Assembly: GCA_003553085.1 (NCBI GenBank)
Contig: PUPH01000117.1
Span: forward strand, 1-48,382
Direction: 5' to 3'
Origin: Thermoplasmata archaeon
GTDB taxonomy: Archaea; Thermoplasmatota; Thermoplasmata; Halarchaeoplasmatales; Halarchaeoplasmataceae
DNA length: 48,382 bases
The position numbers and the translations under genes were made by a program. Position 1 is the stretch's first letter; each line of letters begins with the position of its first letter. Positions 27,083 to 36,363 of this stretch are shown piece by piece. The notes beneath the pieces were generated by a model that saw only the letters and a list, made by a program, of their open reading frames with translations, was not told the DNA's origin and searched no databases.

Positions 27083-27511
27083 TCACGACTCTTTCATTCG
27101 ATTCTCGTCTACTTCAAAATACGTCCCATCCATATCTGCAAGGAGCCTTTTTATCTTCTTTCGGCCTTCGTTCAGATAGAAGAGATGAGAATTACATCTG
27201 CAGTCAGAGCAGCCAAAATCAGGCACTTCCCGGTTGGACCGTGATAGGCGTGAGGCGAGTTCACATTCCATCCTTTTGTGACCCTCGACGATAATTGCGG
27301 AAAATCTTCTACCATGAACTGTGAGATGATCTATGTGCCAGTGTTTTTTCTTGTCCACCGTCGCGTGTCTGCGTGTCCGGGATTCGATGCCGTTCTGGGC
27401 GGAACCGGTGTAGGCGTACCGCCCCTCTTCGAACTCGATCTTACCGAGTGAGCCGATCTTTAGTTCCATGGTGCTCGGAAGGTCGAACAGCAAAACATAT
27501 ACTCCCTTCAT
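27083..27511 (-). CDS. DUF123 / GIY-YIG (Uri superfamily) endonuclease
   Basis: KGVYVL..YAYTGSA..R..RH..HWHIDHL..FGCSDCRCNSHLF. Confidence 0.88.
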   Translation of the reverse strand: MKGVYVLLFDLPSTMELKIGSLGKIEFEEGRYAYTGSAQNGIESRTRRHATVDKKKHWHIDHLTVHGRRFSAIIVEGHKRMECELASRLSRSNREVPDFGCSDCRCNSHLFYLNEGRKKIKRLLADMDGTYFEVDENRMKES

Positions 27512-27566
27512 CGCTACTCAGCAGGTAGGGGAAATTATAAGTAATTTTTTAGTGCTGATTGTACGG

Positions 27567-27923
27567 ATGAAAAGAAAGATGTTCCCTCTGATACTGTTCG
27601 CACTCGGTTTACTTCTAGTGGCGGCATCAGTGCTCAGAGGAGAAGCGTCTATCGCCCTTTTAGTATTCATCCCTATCATATACGGAGGAGGATGGATCTT
27701 GGGCTTGGGCATACTCTTGATCATCTCATCTTTCATGTCCTTTTTCTTCATCTCTACCGATGTTAAAAGAACAAAGAGCCAAAGCAGATACGGTGGTGTA
27801 GTCTTCATCGGCCCGATACCTATCATCTTCGGAAGCGATCAGAAGATAACGAAGATCATGCTCTACATAGGCTTGGCCATATCCATGTGTTTGCTCCTGC
27901 TTTTCCTCATCTTTTGGTGGTAA
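27567..27923 (+). CDS. DUF131 (TIGR00304-like) membrane protein
   Basis: YGGVVFIGPIPIIFGSD motif; TM helices; start set at ATG 27567. Confidence 0.85.
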   Translation: MKRKMFPLILFALGLLLVAASVLRGEASIALLVFIPIIYGGGWILGLGILLIISSFMSFFFISTDVKRTKSQSRYGGVVFIGPIPIIFGSDQKITKIMLYIGLAISMCLLLLFLIFWW

Positions 27924-27980
27924 ACTATACTTGCACCGATATGCAAATCTTTAAGTAAATCGACCTTTTCTAGATTTTAG

Positions 27981-29249
27981 ATGGCAGATTCCGAACAGGA
28001 GCCCTTCGGCATCAACAGCATAATCGCGGATTTTAAAGTCGTGATGAAGTACAAACAGCTATCTATACTGTGCTTCGCAGTATTCGTCAGTATGATCGGT
28101 TTTGGATTGATCATGCCCTTTCTCCCCATATATGCCAGGGATTTTGGTGCCACCAAAACACAGATCGGGATCATGGTGGGGCTTTTTTCCGTAGTGAAGA
28201 TATTCACAGCACCAATCGGAGGTAAGATCGCCGACATGTACGGTAGAAAACCGATCATGGTCTTCGGTATGGTTATTTATGTTATCGTCATGTTTTTATT
28301 CGGCACCGCTGGTTCCGTGGCCGAAGTGATCATCTACCGTGCAGGTCAGGGAGCGGCATCAGGACTGGTATGGCCGGTGGCCATGGCGTTCATCGGAGAT
28401 ATAGTAAAGGAAGAGGATAGGGGTAAAGCCATGGGAATATATTCGGTATCCTTCGCCAGTGGTAACGCCACAGGGCCGATCCTCGGAGGGATAATCGCCA
28501 GTTACTATACCCTCGCCATGCCCTTTTTCTTCACTTCTGCATTGGCCGCCGTCAGTGCTATACTCTTGTTCATAGGGATCGAAGAATCTTATGCCGGCAG
28601 TCGGAGAGTAAATAAAGTCCAAAGAAAACAGACTTTCGCATTCTTAAAATTTAAATTAAAGGAGATCACCCCATTCCCAAAAACATTTTTGGGTCTGACC
28701 ATTGGTTCTTTTACGGTATTTTTCGGACTCGCCATGGTGTGGCCCATGCTGTCCCTTTTCGGAGACGAGGTGCTGCTTCTTTCGGAGTTCAGGATAGCTA
28801 TCATATTCACGATCATAGGATTAGTCCAGATGATCGTTATGTTCCCTGCCGGAAGTCTATCAGATAGGATAGGCCGAAAAAAACTCATAGTCGCTGGAGG
28901 GATAATTTCATCTTTGTTTGCTGGAGTCATCGGGTTATCGATGAGTTACGCGTTCATAATAAGCATGGTTGCATTTTACACCCTGGGTAGGGCTTTAGCT
29001 AGACCTTCATTTCCCGCCTTCGTTTCTTCACTCACTCCAACAAAACATAGAGGTAAAGGAATGGGCGTTTACAACTTTGCCCAGAACCTCGCATTTGCCA
29101 GCGGTTCTTTCTTGAGTGGAGTCATCGCAGATATGGCTGGTTTGAGGATCCCATTTTTTATAGCACTCGCTGTAGGTATGATGGGGGTTATCTTCATACA
29201 GATAATGGTTGATGAACCCGATTTCATCGGTGAAAGAACCGTCCTCTAA
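27981..29249 (+). CDS. MFS transporter (DHA1-like)
   Basis: GKIADMYGRK and GSLSDRIGRK motif A, RAGQG, GPILGG; about 12 TM helices. Confidence 0.93.
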   Translation: MADSEQEPFGINSIIADFKVVMKYKQLSILCFAVFVSMIGFGLIMPFLPIYARDFGATKTQIGIMVGLFSVVKIFTAPIGGKIADMYGRKPIMVFGMVIYVIVMFLFGTAGSVAEVIIYRAGQGAASGLVWPVAMAFIGDIVKEEDRGKAMGIYSVSFASGNATGPILGGIIASYYTLAMPFFFTSALAAVSAILLFIGIEESYAGSRRVNKVQRKQTFAFLKFKLKEITPFPKTFLGLTIGSFTVFFGLAMVWPMLSLFGDEVLLLSEFRIAIIFTIIGLVQMIVMFPAGSLSDRIGRKKLIVAGGIISSLFAGVIGLSMSYAFIISMVAFYTLGRALARPSFPAFVSSLTPTKHRGKGMGVYNFAQNLAFASGSFLSGVIADMAGLRIPFFIALAVGMMGVIFIQIMVDEPDFIGERTVL

Positions 29250-29294
29250 GATCATAGCTAATAGCGGCGAAGCATCTTTTTATATCACCAACTC

Positions 29295-30359
29295 ATGTCG
29301 AACTTCATGAAAGATTTCATAGTTGATACCCTGAAAAAGATGATCGGAATCGATAGTGTCAGTAACGGTGATATGGATGAGATCATCTCGTTCACCAAAG
29401 GGCTGCTAGACGAGATCGGTATCGAAACTAGGGTGATAGATGGTGATGATCACGATCCGGTCCTTATAGGGCGATACGGTGAAGGCGGAGTTTGCTTTTC
29501 CGGGCACCTCGATACCGTTCCTCTAGATGATGGATGGTCTTTCGAACAGGGGGAGATCAAAGACGGTAAGATCTATGGTAGAGGGGCGTTGGATATGAAG
29601 GGACCCTGTGTTTCAGCCATCGCGGCCGCCAGGAAGATGGTTGAAGAGGATATACCGTTCTCCCTGATCTTCAGCACGGACGAAGAAGTATCCATGGCAG
29701 GAGCAGAAGCGGTGAACGAAGTCGATGAGGTGACCGATGCGCCGGCGGTGGTGATCTGCGAACCCACCAACATGCTTGTGGTTACTAGGGAGAAAGGTGT
29801 TTATCAATTTGAGATCTCCACTGCAGGTAAGAACGCACACGCCAGCATGCCCGAACAGGGTGAGAACGCCTTGATGAAGCTTTTACCGATACTCATGGAG
29901 TTAGATGGTAAAAATAACATACTCGCAGGAGAGAAGATATCCTGCTGTGTCAATGTGATCAAGGGAGGATCGGCCACCAACGTTATACCTAAAGCGTGTA
30001 AAGCAGAAGTCGACGTAAGGTTTCCACCTAAATACGATAAAGAATCTCTCATGGACCATCTATTCGGTGATCTAGAGGGTGAATATGAACTAAAGACCAT
30101 ACAGTACCTAGATCCTGTGGAGATCGATGAGAATAAAAGATGTGTGCAAAAGATGATAGAGTTGGCAGGAACCGATACATGGTCGGTACCATACGGTACT
30201 GAGATGGTCATGTTCAGCAGGACTAACGAGAATACGTTCATATTCGGTCCAGGAGAGGTACACCCCGCTCATAAACCCGACGAGTACATAGATCTGGACC
30301 AACTTTTTGAAGTGGTTGATGTCTACGTGGAATACGCAAAGGTCATGCAGGATCAATAG
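29295..30359 (+). CDS. M20 family metallo-hydrolase (ArgE/DapE-like)
   Basis: SGHLDTVP, GRGALDMKG, DEE, CEPT, HAS.P..GENA, AHKPDE. Confidence 0.9.
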   Translation: MSNFMKDFIVDTLKKMIGIDSVSNGDMDEIISFTKGLLDEIGIETRVIDGDDHDPVLIGRYGEGGVCFSGHLDTVPLDDGWSFEQGEIKDGKIYGRGALDMKGPCVSAIAAARKMVEEDIPFSLIFSTDEEVSMAGAEAVNEVDEVTDAPAVVICEPTNMLVVTREKGVYQFEISTAGKNAHASMPEQGENALMKLLPILMELDGKNNILAGEKISCCVNVIKGGSATNVIPKACKAEVDVRFPPKYDKESLMDHLFGDLEGEYELKTIQYLDPVEIDENKRCVQKMIELAGTDTWSVPYGTEMVMFSRTNENTFIFGPGEVHPAHKPDEYIDLDQLFEVVDVYVEYAKVMQDQ

Positions 30360-31945
30360 ACCGCGATATGACCGTCTGCCCTGGGTTCGGTACCGGCACA
30401 GTAGGGTCCTCCATCTTTCAATATTATCTGGCCCCTTCCAAAGTGCCCTGAATGTAGTGCGTATTTTATATCATGTCCTTTCCTTTCTAGATTCAATGCC
30501 GTGTGTTTGGGAAAACCCGATTCGACGAACACTTCTTTCCCCTTCTCCCACCTCCATCTCGGTGCATCCAGAGCTGATTGAGGATTTAGACCGAAGTCCA
30601 CCATGTTACTTATGACCTGAACATGGCCTTGGGGCTGCATATGGCCACCCATCACACCGAAGGGACCTATGGGAGATCCTTTTTTAGTGATAAAACCCGG
30701 TATTATCGTGTGAAAAGGTCTTTTACCCGGCTCCAAAGAATTTGCATGTTCTGGATCCAAGGAAAATGAATTACCCCTGTTGTGCAGGGCTATCCCGGTA
30801 CCGGGGACCACAAGACCCGAGCCGAAGCCCATGTAATTGCTCTGTATGTAGGAGACCATGTTCCCTTTGGCATCCGCCGCTGCAAGATAAACCGTACCGC
30901 CTGTTTCTTCGCCATCGGGACCACCCATAGCTTTCTGGCATATCCTATCCCTTAGGTCATCGGTATAACTATCCTGAAGCAGCTCGTGGTGATCTATCTC
31001 CATATGATTGGGATCGGTGAAGTATCTTTTACCCACCTCGAATGCAAGCTTAACTGCCTCGATCTGTTTATGACAGGCTTCCTCAGACCGTGATACTCCC
31101 AACTCTAAGCCGTTTAGTATCTTAAGGGCTATGGAAGCCACCATGCCCTGGCAATTCGGAGGGAGTTCCCATATATCATATCCTCGGTAATCCACTGCAA
31201 CAGGATCCACCCACTCGGGTCGATAGCTCTCCAGATCATCGGCTCGTAGATATCCTCCGTGCTCTCTCGAGAATCGATCGATCTGTTCAGCCAATTCACC
31301 TCTGTAGAACGCATCTCCGTTGGTCTCTCCGATCAGTTTTAATGTGTCCGCATGGTCTTTTGATCTCCAAACGTTACCGATACCTGGGGGCGAACCATTA
31401 GGTGCGAAGGTGTCGAACCATGGTTTGAACTCGTCACCTTCCAGCCCTTTGAAGTTGCGAAAAGCTCTTCTCCATGATTCACCCACTGTGGGAGATACGG
31501 GATATCCCTCTTTTGCGTATTTGACGGCTGGCTGTAGTACCTCTTCCAAGGATAGTTCTCCGTGTGCTTTTATCAATTCGGACCATCCCGCCACAACTCC
31601 CGGTACGGTAACCGGTAGCCATCCGTACTTCGGCATTTTATCACGACCTTCTAACTCCGCCAAGGATAGTCTGGAAGGAGCATATCCGCTGGAGTTCAAA
31701 CCATGCAGTTTACCATCCTTCCAGAACAGTGCAAATCCATCCCCACCGATACCGCAAGAGGGCGGTTCAACCACGGTCAAACAGGCGGCTGCAGAAACCG
31801 CAGCATCCACTGCGTTCCCTCCCATCTTCAGAATGTCCAGGCCGGCCTGTGAAGCCAGGGGTTGTGAGGTACAGACTAAACCATTGTTTCCATAAACGAC
31901 CTTTCTCATCGACTCGTATGGATATGTTAATGCGTCTGATTTCAT
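30353..31945 (-). CDS. ggt: Cytoplasmic gamma-glutamyltransferase family (Ntn hydrolase, YwrD-like)
   Basis: GGNAVDAA, GIGGD, nucleophile GGTVYL, PGKRPFHTIIP, GVMGGHMQPQG; no signal peptide. Confidence 0.92.
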   Translation of the reverse strand: MKSDALTYPYESMRKVVYGNNGLVCTSQPLASQAGLDILKMGGNAVDAAVSAAACLTVVEPPSCGIGGDGFALFWKDGKLHGLNSSGYAPSRLSLAELEGRDKMPKYGWLPVTVPGVVAGWSELIKAHGELSLEEVLQPAVKYAKEGYPVSPTVGESWRRAFRNFKGLEGDEFKPWFDTFAPNGSPPGIGNVWRSKDHADTLKLIGETNGDAFYRGELAEQIDRFSREHGGYLRADDLESYRPEWVDPVAVDYRGYDIWELPPNCQGMVASIALKILNGLELGVSRSEEACHKQIEAVKLAFEVGKRYFTDPNHMEIDHHELLQDSYTDDLRDRICQKAMGGPDGEETGGTVYLAAADAKGNMVSYIQSNYMGFGSGLVVPGTGIALHNRGNSFSLDPEHANSLEPGKRPFHTIIPGFITKKGSPIGPFGVMGGHMQPQGHVQVISNMVDFGLNPQSALDAPRWRWEKGKEVFVESGFPKHTALNLERKGHDIKYALHSGHFGRGQIILKDGGPYCAGTEPRADGHIAVY

Positions 31946-31985
31946 CGAACAGACATAATAAGTTGAAACAATAAATCAGTTACCC

Positions 31986-31997
31986 AAAAAAAAGAAA
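31986..31997 (-). terminator. Oligo-U archaeal terminator of the three-gene wHTH operon
   Basis: Minus strand TTTCTTTTTTTT starts 4 nt after the stop codon at 32002. Confidence 0.6.
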
Positions 31998-32001
31998 GGG
32001 T

Positions 32002-32274
32002 TTAGAAGTTGATGAAGTCTCCTATCTCGGGGATATCGGTTTTTTTTGAGATCAGGTCTCTTAAGGATATATCCTGCATGTCCTCACAGAGTTGATCTAT
32101 CATATAGGGTTCCATGCCCGCTTTTTTGAACGTTTTTCTGAATATCTTTCGCCTCTTCTTCTGTCGTCTTTTAAAGCGTAGATAGACGAAAACCAGTTTT
32201 AAGATGAGTGGAAGGGCGGTGGCCAGAGCCGCTACGAATATCAGCGGTGCACGGTCACCTTCTTCCTGAGACAT
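32002..32274 (-). CDS. Small membrane-anchored basic hypothetical protein
   Basis: N-terminal TM helix, RFKRRQKKRRK, FRKTFKKAGME; ATG directly follows the upstream stop (TAAATG). Confidence 0.8.
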   Translation of the reverse strand: MSQEEGDRAPLIFVAALATALPLILKLVFVYLRFKRRQKKRRKIFRKTFKKAGMEPYMIDQLCEDMQDISLRDLISKKTDIPEIGDFINF

Positions 32275-32646
32275 TTACTCCCAATCTCCTTCCATCTTTT
32301 CTTCCATCTTCTTTTTGACCTTTTCGCCTATCTTATCACCGAGATCTTCACCGTAGCTCTCATGGCCAAAAGACGTTGTTCCACTCAAGGCTTCTCTTAC
32401 CAGACTGGTCACGTCCCGGCTCTTCATGAAGTCCTGTGTCAGTTTGAAAGCCTGATCTTTGTCCATTCCAGCTTCAACGAGTTCTTTGTAGAACTTAGCT
32501 GTACTCTGGGCAAGCTTCTCGCTGCTCTCGGCACTATAGACCGCTTCAACGATCCCCGATATCAGGGATGGAACGGTTTCGTTCAAGGTCTTCATCACTT
32601 CTTTCAGTTCCTTTACGTCGTCCATATCGTCCATGTTCATATCCAT
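32275..32646 (-). CDS. Small acidic helical hypothetical protein
   Basis: VPSLISGIVEAVYS...FYKELVEAGMDKDQA; AGGTG SD before ATG 32646. Confidence 0.82.
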   Translation of the reverse strand: MDMNMDDMDDVKELKEVMKTLNETVPSLISGIVEAVYSAESSEKLAQSTAKFYKELVEAGMDKDQAFKLTQDFMKSRDVTSLVREALSGTTSFGHESYGEDLGDKIGEKVKKKMEEKMEGDWE

Positions 32647-32679
32647 TCTATACACCTGTTATACTATAGGGTGTTCAAA

Positions 32680-33138
32680 CTATATCTTAATGCCGAGCAA
32701 TTTTGCCCACTTGTCTAAAGCATGATCCGTTAACGCATAGGCTTTACCGTGATTGTCCTCCATCTGACGGACGACTTTCCTTTTCTCCAACTCGTTCAAT
32801 CTGTTTCTTACAGTATGTCTGGAACCAGAGCCCCTCCTTTCGCGCAATCGTTCTGTGATCTGTGTGATGTTCAATGGTCTTTTAGAGCTCAGGAGTACTT
32901 CCACTATGGATTCCATGATCGGATCATCGATCTCGGGCAGTAGTGAAGGAGAAACCTTACCATAACGCTGATAGAGGGATAGTATCTGGATGTACTTTTT
33001 CTCCACTTCAGAATTGGTAGATACTTTATCAAGAACGTTCCGATGCACGTTCATAAGATTCTCTAACATATGTTCGAGATTGTTCACCTGTTCCCTTAGA
33101 GATCGGATCTCTTCACGAAGCTCATCCTCTTCCGCCAT
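32680..33138 (-). CDS. Coiled-coil plus winged-HTH transcriptional regulator
   Basis: N-terminal heptads (LREEIRSLREQVNNLEHML); LNITQITERLRERRGSGSRHTVRNRLNELEKRKVV. Confidence 0.8.
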   Translation of the reverse strand: MAEEDELREEIRSLREQVNNLEHMLENLMNVHRNVLDKVSTNSEVEKKYIQILSLYQRYGKVSPSLLPEIDDPIMESIVEVLLSSKRPLNITQITERLRERRGSGSRHTVRNRLNELEKRKVVRQMEDNHGKAYALTDHALDKWAKLLGIKI

Positions 33139-33180
33139 TATATATCATATCTAGTGAAAGACCATAAATTTTTTGGGACA

Positions 33181-34257
33181 TTACGAAACCTCTTTTCTGA
33201 TATCGGACACAAAAGAACTCATAGGTCTTACATAGGATTGAACACTAGGTTTTTTCAACTTCAAGGATGAATCGGGTAAATATATGGTACATCGGTGTTC
33301 TCCCATCTCGATGATCTTATTTTCAGACAGATCCCTTTCATAAGTTATCAGATGCCAAATACCTTTGATCTTGTTGTCATCTAATGTATCCATATTTTCA
33401 GTGAAGGACTGTTTCCATCTTTCTCTGAAAGTCCTTTTACAGGATATCGCTATGTGCCAACCATCGGAACATTCGACCATTTTGTCCACTTCGAGACTCG
33501 CTCTGATATGTTCTGGAACTAGTTCTATGTCTGTTATACCAAAATGTTGAAGTATCAACCCGGTAACATCTTCCAATGATCTCCCTCCACGACCCTTGCG
33601 CTTTTGCCCAACACGTCTCTCAAATTCCTGTACAAACGTTGTGATCACATAATCCATATCTTCCTGATTTCCGATGATATCTTTTTTTCTAAGGACTTCA
33701 CGAAGTATGCCCAAACCTTCTACAATTTGTGCACGTTCGACACTTATACATCCTCTCATCCCCAGATCATCCCATATCTCGATTACGTCTTTTAACCCTA
33801 ATTCTCCAAATTTCTCGAGGTATGCTTTGGCTATGGGTTTTGCGATCTCAAAATCATTGCTAGGGATCTCATTCAACATCAAAGATATCGGCACGACTAT
33901 GTGTTTCATAGTCAAACCAAGAATTAAGAGATCATTCCAATCAGTTATCATGGGGTCAAGGTCGATGCATAATCGTTTTGCCTCCTCTCTAGCCTTAGAT
34001 CCTTTCATCCTAGAGTCAATGAGATAATTGAATACTGCTTGTTTTGCCATATCAACATCGACGTTTTTATGTGAACGCAATTCGGAGATGAGTTTTGCAG
34101 ATTGTATCATCACCTTGTTTTTTGAACCTATCCCCCCGTATCGATCCGATTGTATCAACATCCTCGCGAACCAATATGTTTTATCGAATGGGTTTTTTAA
34201 TGTCCTCTCAACTATATCCATATCTTCGTCTTCGATCAGATCATGCACTCTACTCAT
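33181..34257 (-). CDS. Type II restriction endonuclease, EcoRII-C / CCGG-family PD-(D/E)xK
   Basis: RKGRGGRSLE, EVDK, ISCKRTFRERWKQ; start set at ATG 34257, overlapping the MTase stop by 8 bp. Confidence 0.8.
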   Translation of the reverse strand: MSRVHDLIEDEDMDIVERTLKNPFDKTYWFARMLIQSDRYGGIGSKNKVMIQSAKLISELRSHKNVDVDMAKQAVFNYLIDSRMKGSKAREEAKRLCIDLDPMITDWNDLLILGLTMKHIVVPISLMLNEIPSNDFEIAKPIAKAYLEKFGELGLKDVIEIWDDLGMRGCISVERAQIVEGLGILREVLRKKDIIGNQEDMDYVITTFVQEFERRVGQKRKGRGGRSLEDVTGLILQHFGITDIELVPEHIRASLEVDKMVECSDGWHIAISCKRTFRERWKQSFTENMDTLDDNKIKGIWHLITYERDLSENKIIEMGEHRCTIYLPDSSLKLKKPSVQSYVRPMSSFVSDIRKEVS

Positions 34258-35200
34258 CTGGTGGCCTCCAGAAGTCCAGTAGATACTCGAATGTAGTTCC
34301 CATCGTGATATAATTAGATGGCCAACCAAAAATACCTATGTTGTTGACGATGTTTCGCCGGTCCCAGATTATTGTATTCCTCAATTCATACCCTGCTTCC
34401 TCCATAGCTTGAACAATATATATATGGATCGGGATCCTTTTGTTTTTCCACCACATATCCGCAACATTGATCACATTGTGGCCCTTTATCTTCAGCTTGG
34501 GAAGTAATTTACTGTATATCTCTTGCATCTCTGCACTGAAATCCTCGACCGAAAGTGTTCCCAGGTCGTTTTCATCTTGACTGTACTGTTCAACCTTTAG
34601 ATACTGTTCATTTTTTCGATCATCTCCTCTACGGCTTTTATTCTTCCTCTTACGGTTCAACAAGTTCGCATATGGAGGCGATGTCAAAATCAAAGATATC
34701 TGTTCATCATAGAAGTAATCAAAAGCGTTCCTAGCATCGTCAAGGATAGCTACTTGCTTTGTACTCTCTCCAATGTGGTCGGTCAATCTTGTTTGCTGAA
34801 GACGTGATTCACACAACTCAATATAATCCTGATTGATATCAAAGCCGACTGCGTTTCTATTTGTATCTTGAGCGGACACAAGAGTGGTACCGCTACCTAC
34901 GAAAGGATCGACAACCAATTCTCCTCTGTGAGTGAATAATTCTATGAATTTGGTGGACAGTGCTATAGGATAGGTCGCCGGATGTTTCTCTTTATTTCTA
35001 ATATCTCTTTTTTCATAATAAAACTCCCATACCCCTAACTGTGCTTTTATCCATTCCTTAGCCGTCATGCAATTGATATGTGATTTTTTACAGTCGCATA
35101 ATCGTTCATGACCTATCTTCAAGGGCATACCATATTCTTGTTTTTCATCATGATCGAGCTTTGATTTTTTATCTGCATCTATACTTTTTGCATTGTTCAT
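34250..35200 (-). CDS. Amino-type DNA methyltransferase, probably N4-cytosine
   Basis: HPATYP, DPFVGSGTT (motif I) before TSPPY (motif IV). Confidence 0.9.
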   Translation of the reverse strand: MNNAKSIDADKKSKLDHDEKQEYGMPLKIGHERLCDCKKSHINCMTAKEWIKAQLGVWEFYYEKRDIRNKEKHPATYPIALSTKFIELFTHRGELVVDPFVGSGTTLVSAQDTNRNAVGFDINQDYIELCESRLQQTRLTDHIGESTKQVAILDDARNAFDYFYDEQISLILTSPPYANLLNRKRKNKSRRGDDRKNEQYLKVEQYSQDENDLGTLSVEDFSAEMQEIYSKLLPKLKIKGHNVINVADMWWKNKRIPIHIYIVQAMEEAGYELRNTIIWDRRNIVNNIGIFGWPSNYITMGTTFEYLLDFWRPPDE

Positions 35201-35279
35201 GGATCTTCTATTACCCTATCTGTCATTGGATACATATATCTTTTTACCCTAAACGATTAAGTACTATCAGTGCATAATT

Positions 35280-35648
35280 ATGACCGGTATGAAACCGAAA
35301 TTTGATCTAGATGAAATCGGATGCGACTCTGTCTTGGGATGTCTTTATGATCTATCAAAAGTGGATAAAAAAGTCCTCTCATTCCTGCATGAAGGTGGTG
35401 AATACAAAGCAGCTGAGGTAGCAGAACGGATAGACAGAGATCAAAGCACCGCATACCGATCCCTGGAGAGGCTGGTTGAATGTGGGATGGTATACAAAGA
35501 GAAACACAACATAAGGAACGGCGGCTACTACTATCTTTACTCAGCTAGACCGGTAGATCTGATAAAAGAAGAGGCACTTGAGTGCCTCGATAAATGGTAT
35601 GAACGGATGAAAGGGTCTATCCAAGATATCGACGATCTCACAGGTTGA
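35280..35648 (+). CDS. TrmB-like HTH transcriptional regulator with N-terminal Cys pair
   Basis: CDSVLGC; AAEVAERIDRDQSTAYRSLERLVECGMV; GGYYYLY wing. Confidence 0.85.
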   Translation: MTGMKPKFDLDEIGCDSVLGCLYDLSKVDKKVLSFLHEGGEYKAAEVAERIDRDQSTAYRSLERLVECGMVYKEKHNIRNGGYYYLYSARPVDLIKEEALECLDKWYERMKGSIQDIDDLTG

Positions 35649-35964
35649 AGCTGTCTTCTATCTTTTTTGCGAACTGATCCTTGCTCAGTGCTCCCTGTGC
35701 CTGCCCTACGACCTGTCCGTCCTCGAAGAACAGAAAGGCGGGTATCGCCTGGATGCCGTACCTGTTTGCTATCATGTTGTTTTCCTCGATGTTGACCTTA
35801 GCAAAATTTACATCGCCGTATTGTTCAGCAAGATCCTCGAAAGTTGGCTTTACCGCCATGCAGGGACCACACCAAGTGGCCCAAAAGTCGACTAAAACAC
35901 GCTCGTTGTCTTCAACGAAGGATTGGAAATCTTCATCGTTCAGTTCTACGATTTTTTCGCTCAT
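35638..35964 (-). CDS. trxA: Thioredoxin
   Basis: VDFWATWCGPC, GIQAIP; GGAGG SD before ATG 35964. Confidence 0.93.
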   Translation of the reverse strand: MSEKIVELNDEDFQSFVEDNERVLVDFWATWCGPCMAVKPTFEDLAEQYGDVNFAKVNIEENNMIANRYGIQAIPAFLFFEDGQVVGQAQGALSKDQFAKKIEDSFNL

Positions 35965-36084
35965 TTTGCTACCTCCTGATTCTATTTTTCCGCAGATGGG
36001 ATTCGATATATAGACTTTGCCTTGCAATATGCAGATGTTAATCATGGCAAAAGATTAAAAGAGGAGGTGCCTTTGTTCCAATCC

Positions 36085-36363
36085 ATGAGCGAAAAAGAAG
36101 CTGAAAGCAAGGTATGTATAGAATTCATTTTTTCGGATACCTGCCCGGATTGTCCTCCCGCCAAGGAGCTTGTAGAAAGGATCGTGCCAGAATTTGAAGA
36201 TGTTGACGTAAAGTACCTTGAAGCCAGGAACAACCCTGGGCTGATAGAGAAGTACGATATAACCCACATACCCACCATCGTGATAAACGAAGAGGTGGCC
36301 TTCGTGGAGAGCTTGACCGAAGCTAAACTGAGAACGAAGATACAAGAACTGATAGATGGCTGA
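36085..36363 (+). CDS. Thioredoxin/glutaredoxin-like redox disulfide protein
   Basis: TCPDCP, YDITHIPTIVIN. Confidence 0.85.
   Translation: MSEKEAESKVCIEFIFSDTCPDCPPAKELVERIVPEFEDVDVKYLEARNNPGLIEKYDITHIPTIVINEEVAFVESLTEAKLRTKIQELIDG

Noticed and set aside
34258-34329. Longer N-termini from the ORF track (this REase, and also ACAD, NOG1, SlyD, LX, Trx, DUF131)
   Set aside because: The extensions overlap neighbouring genes or promoters; downstream ATGs with SD-like sites or family-typical N-termini fit better.
35280-35648. Divergent HTH gene as the controller (C) protein of the R-M system
   Set aside because: It is TrmB-like rather than Xre-type, looks host-like in composition, and no C-box repeats are evident.
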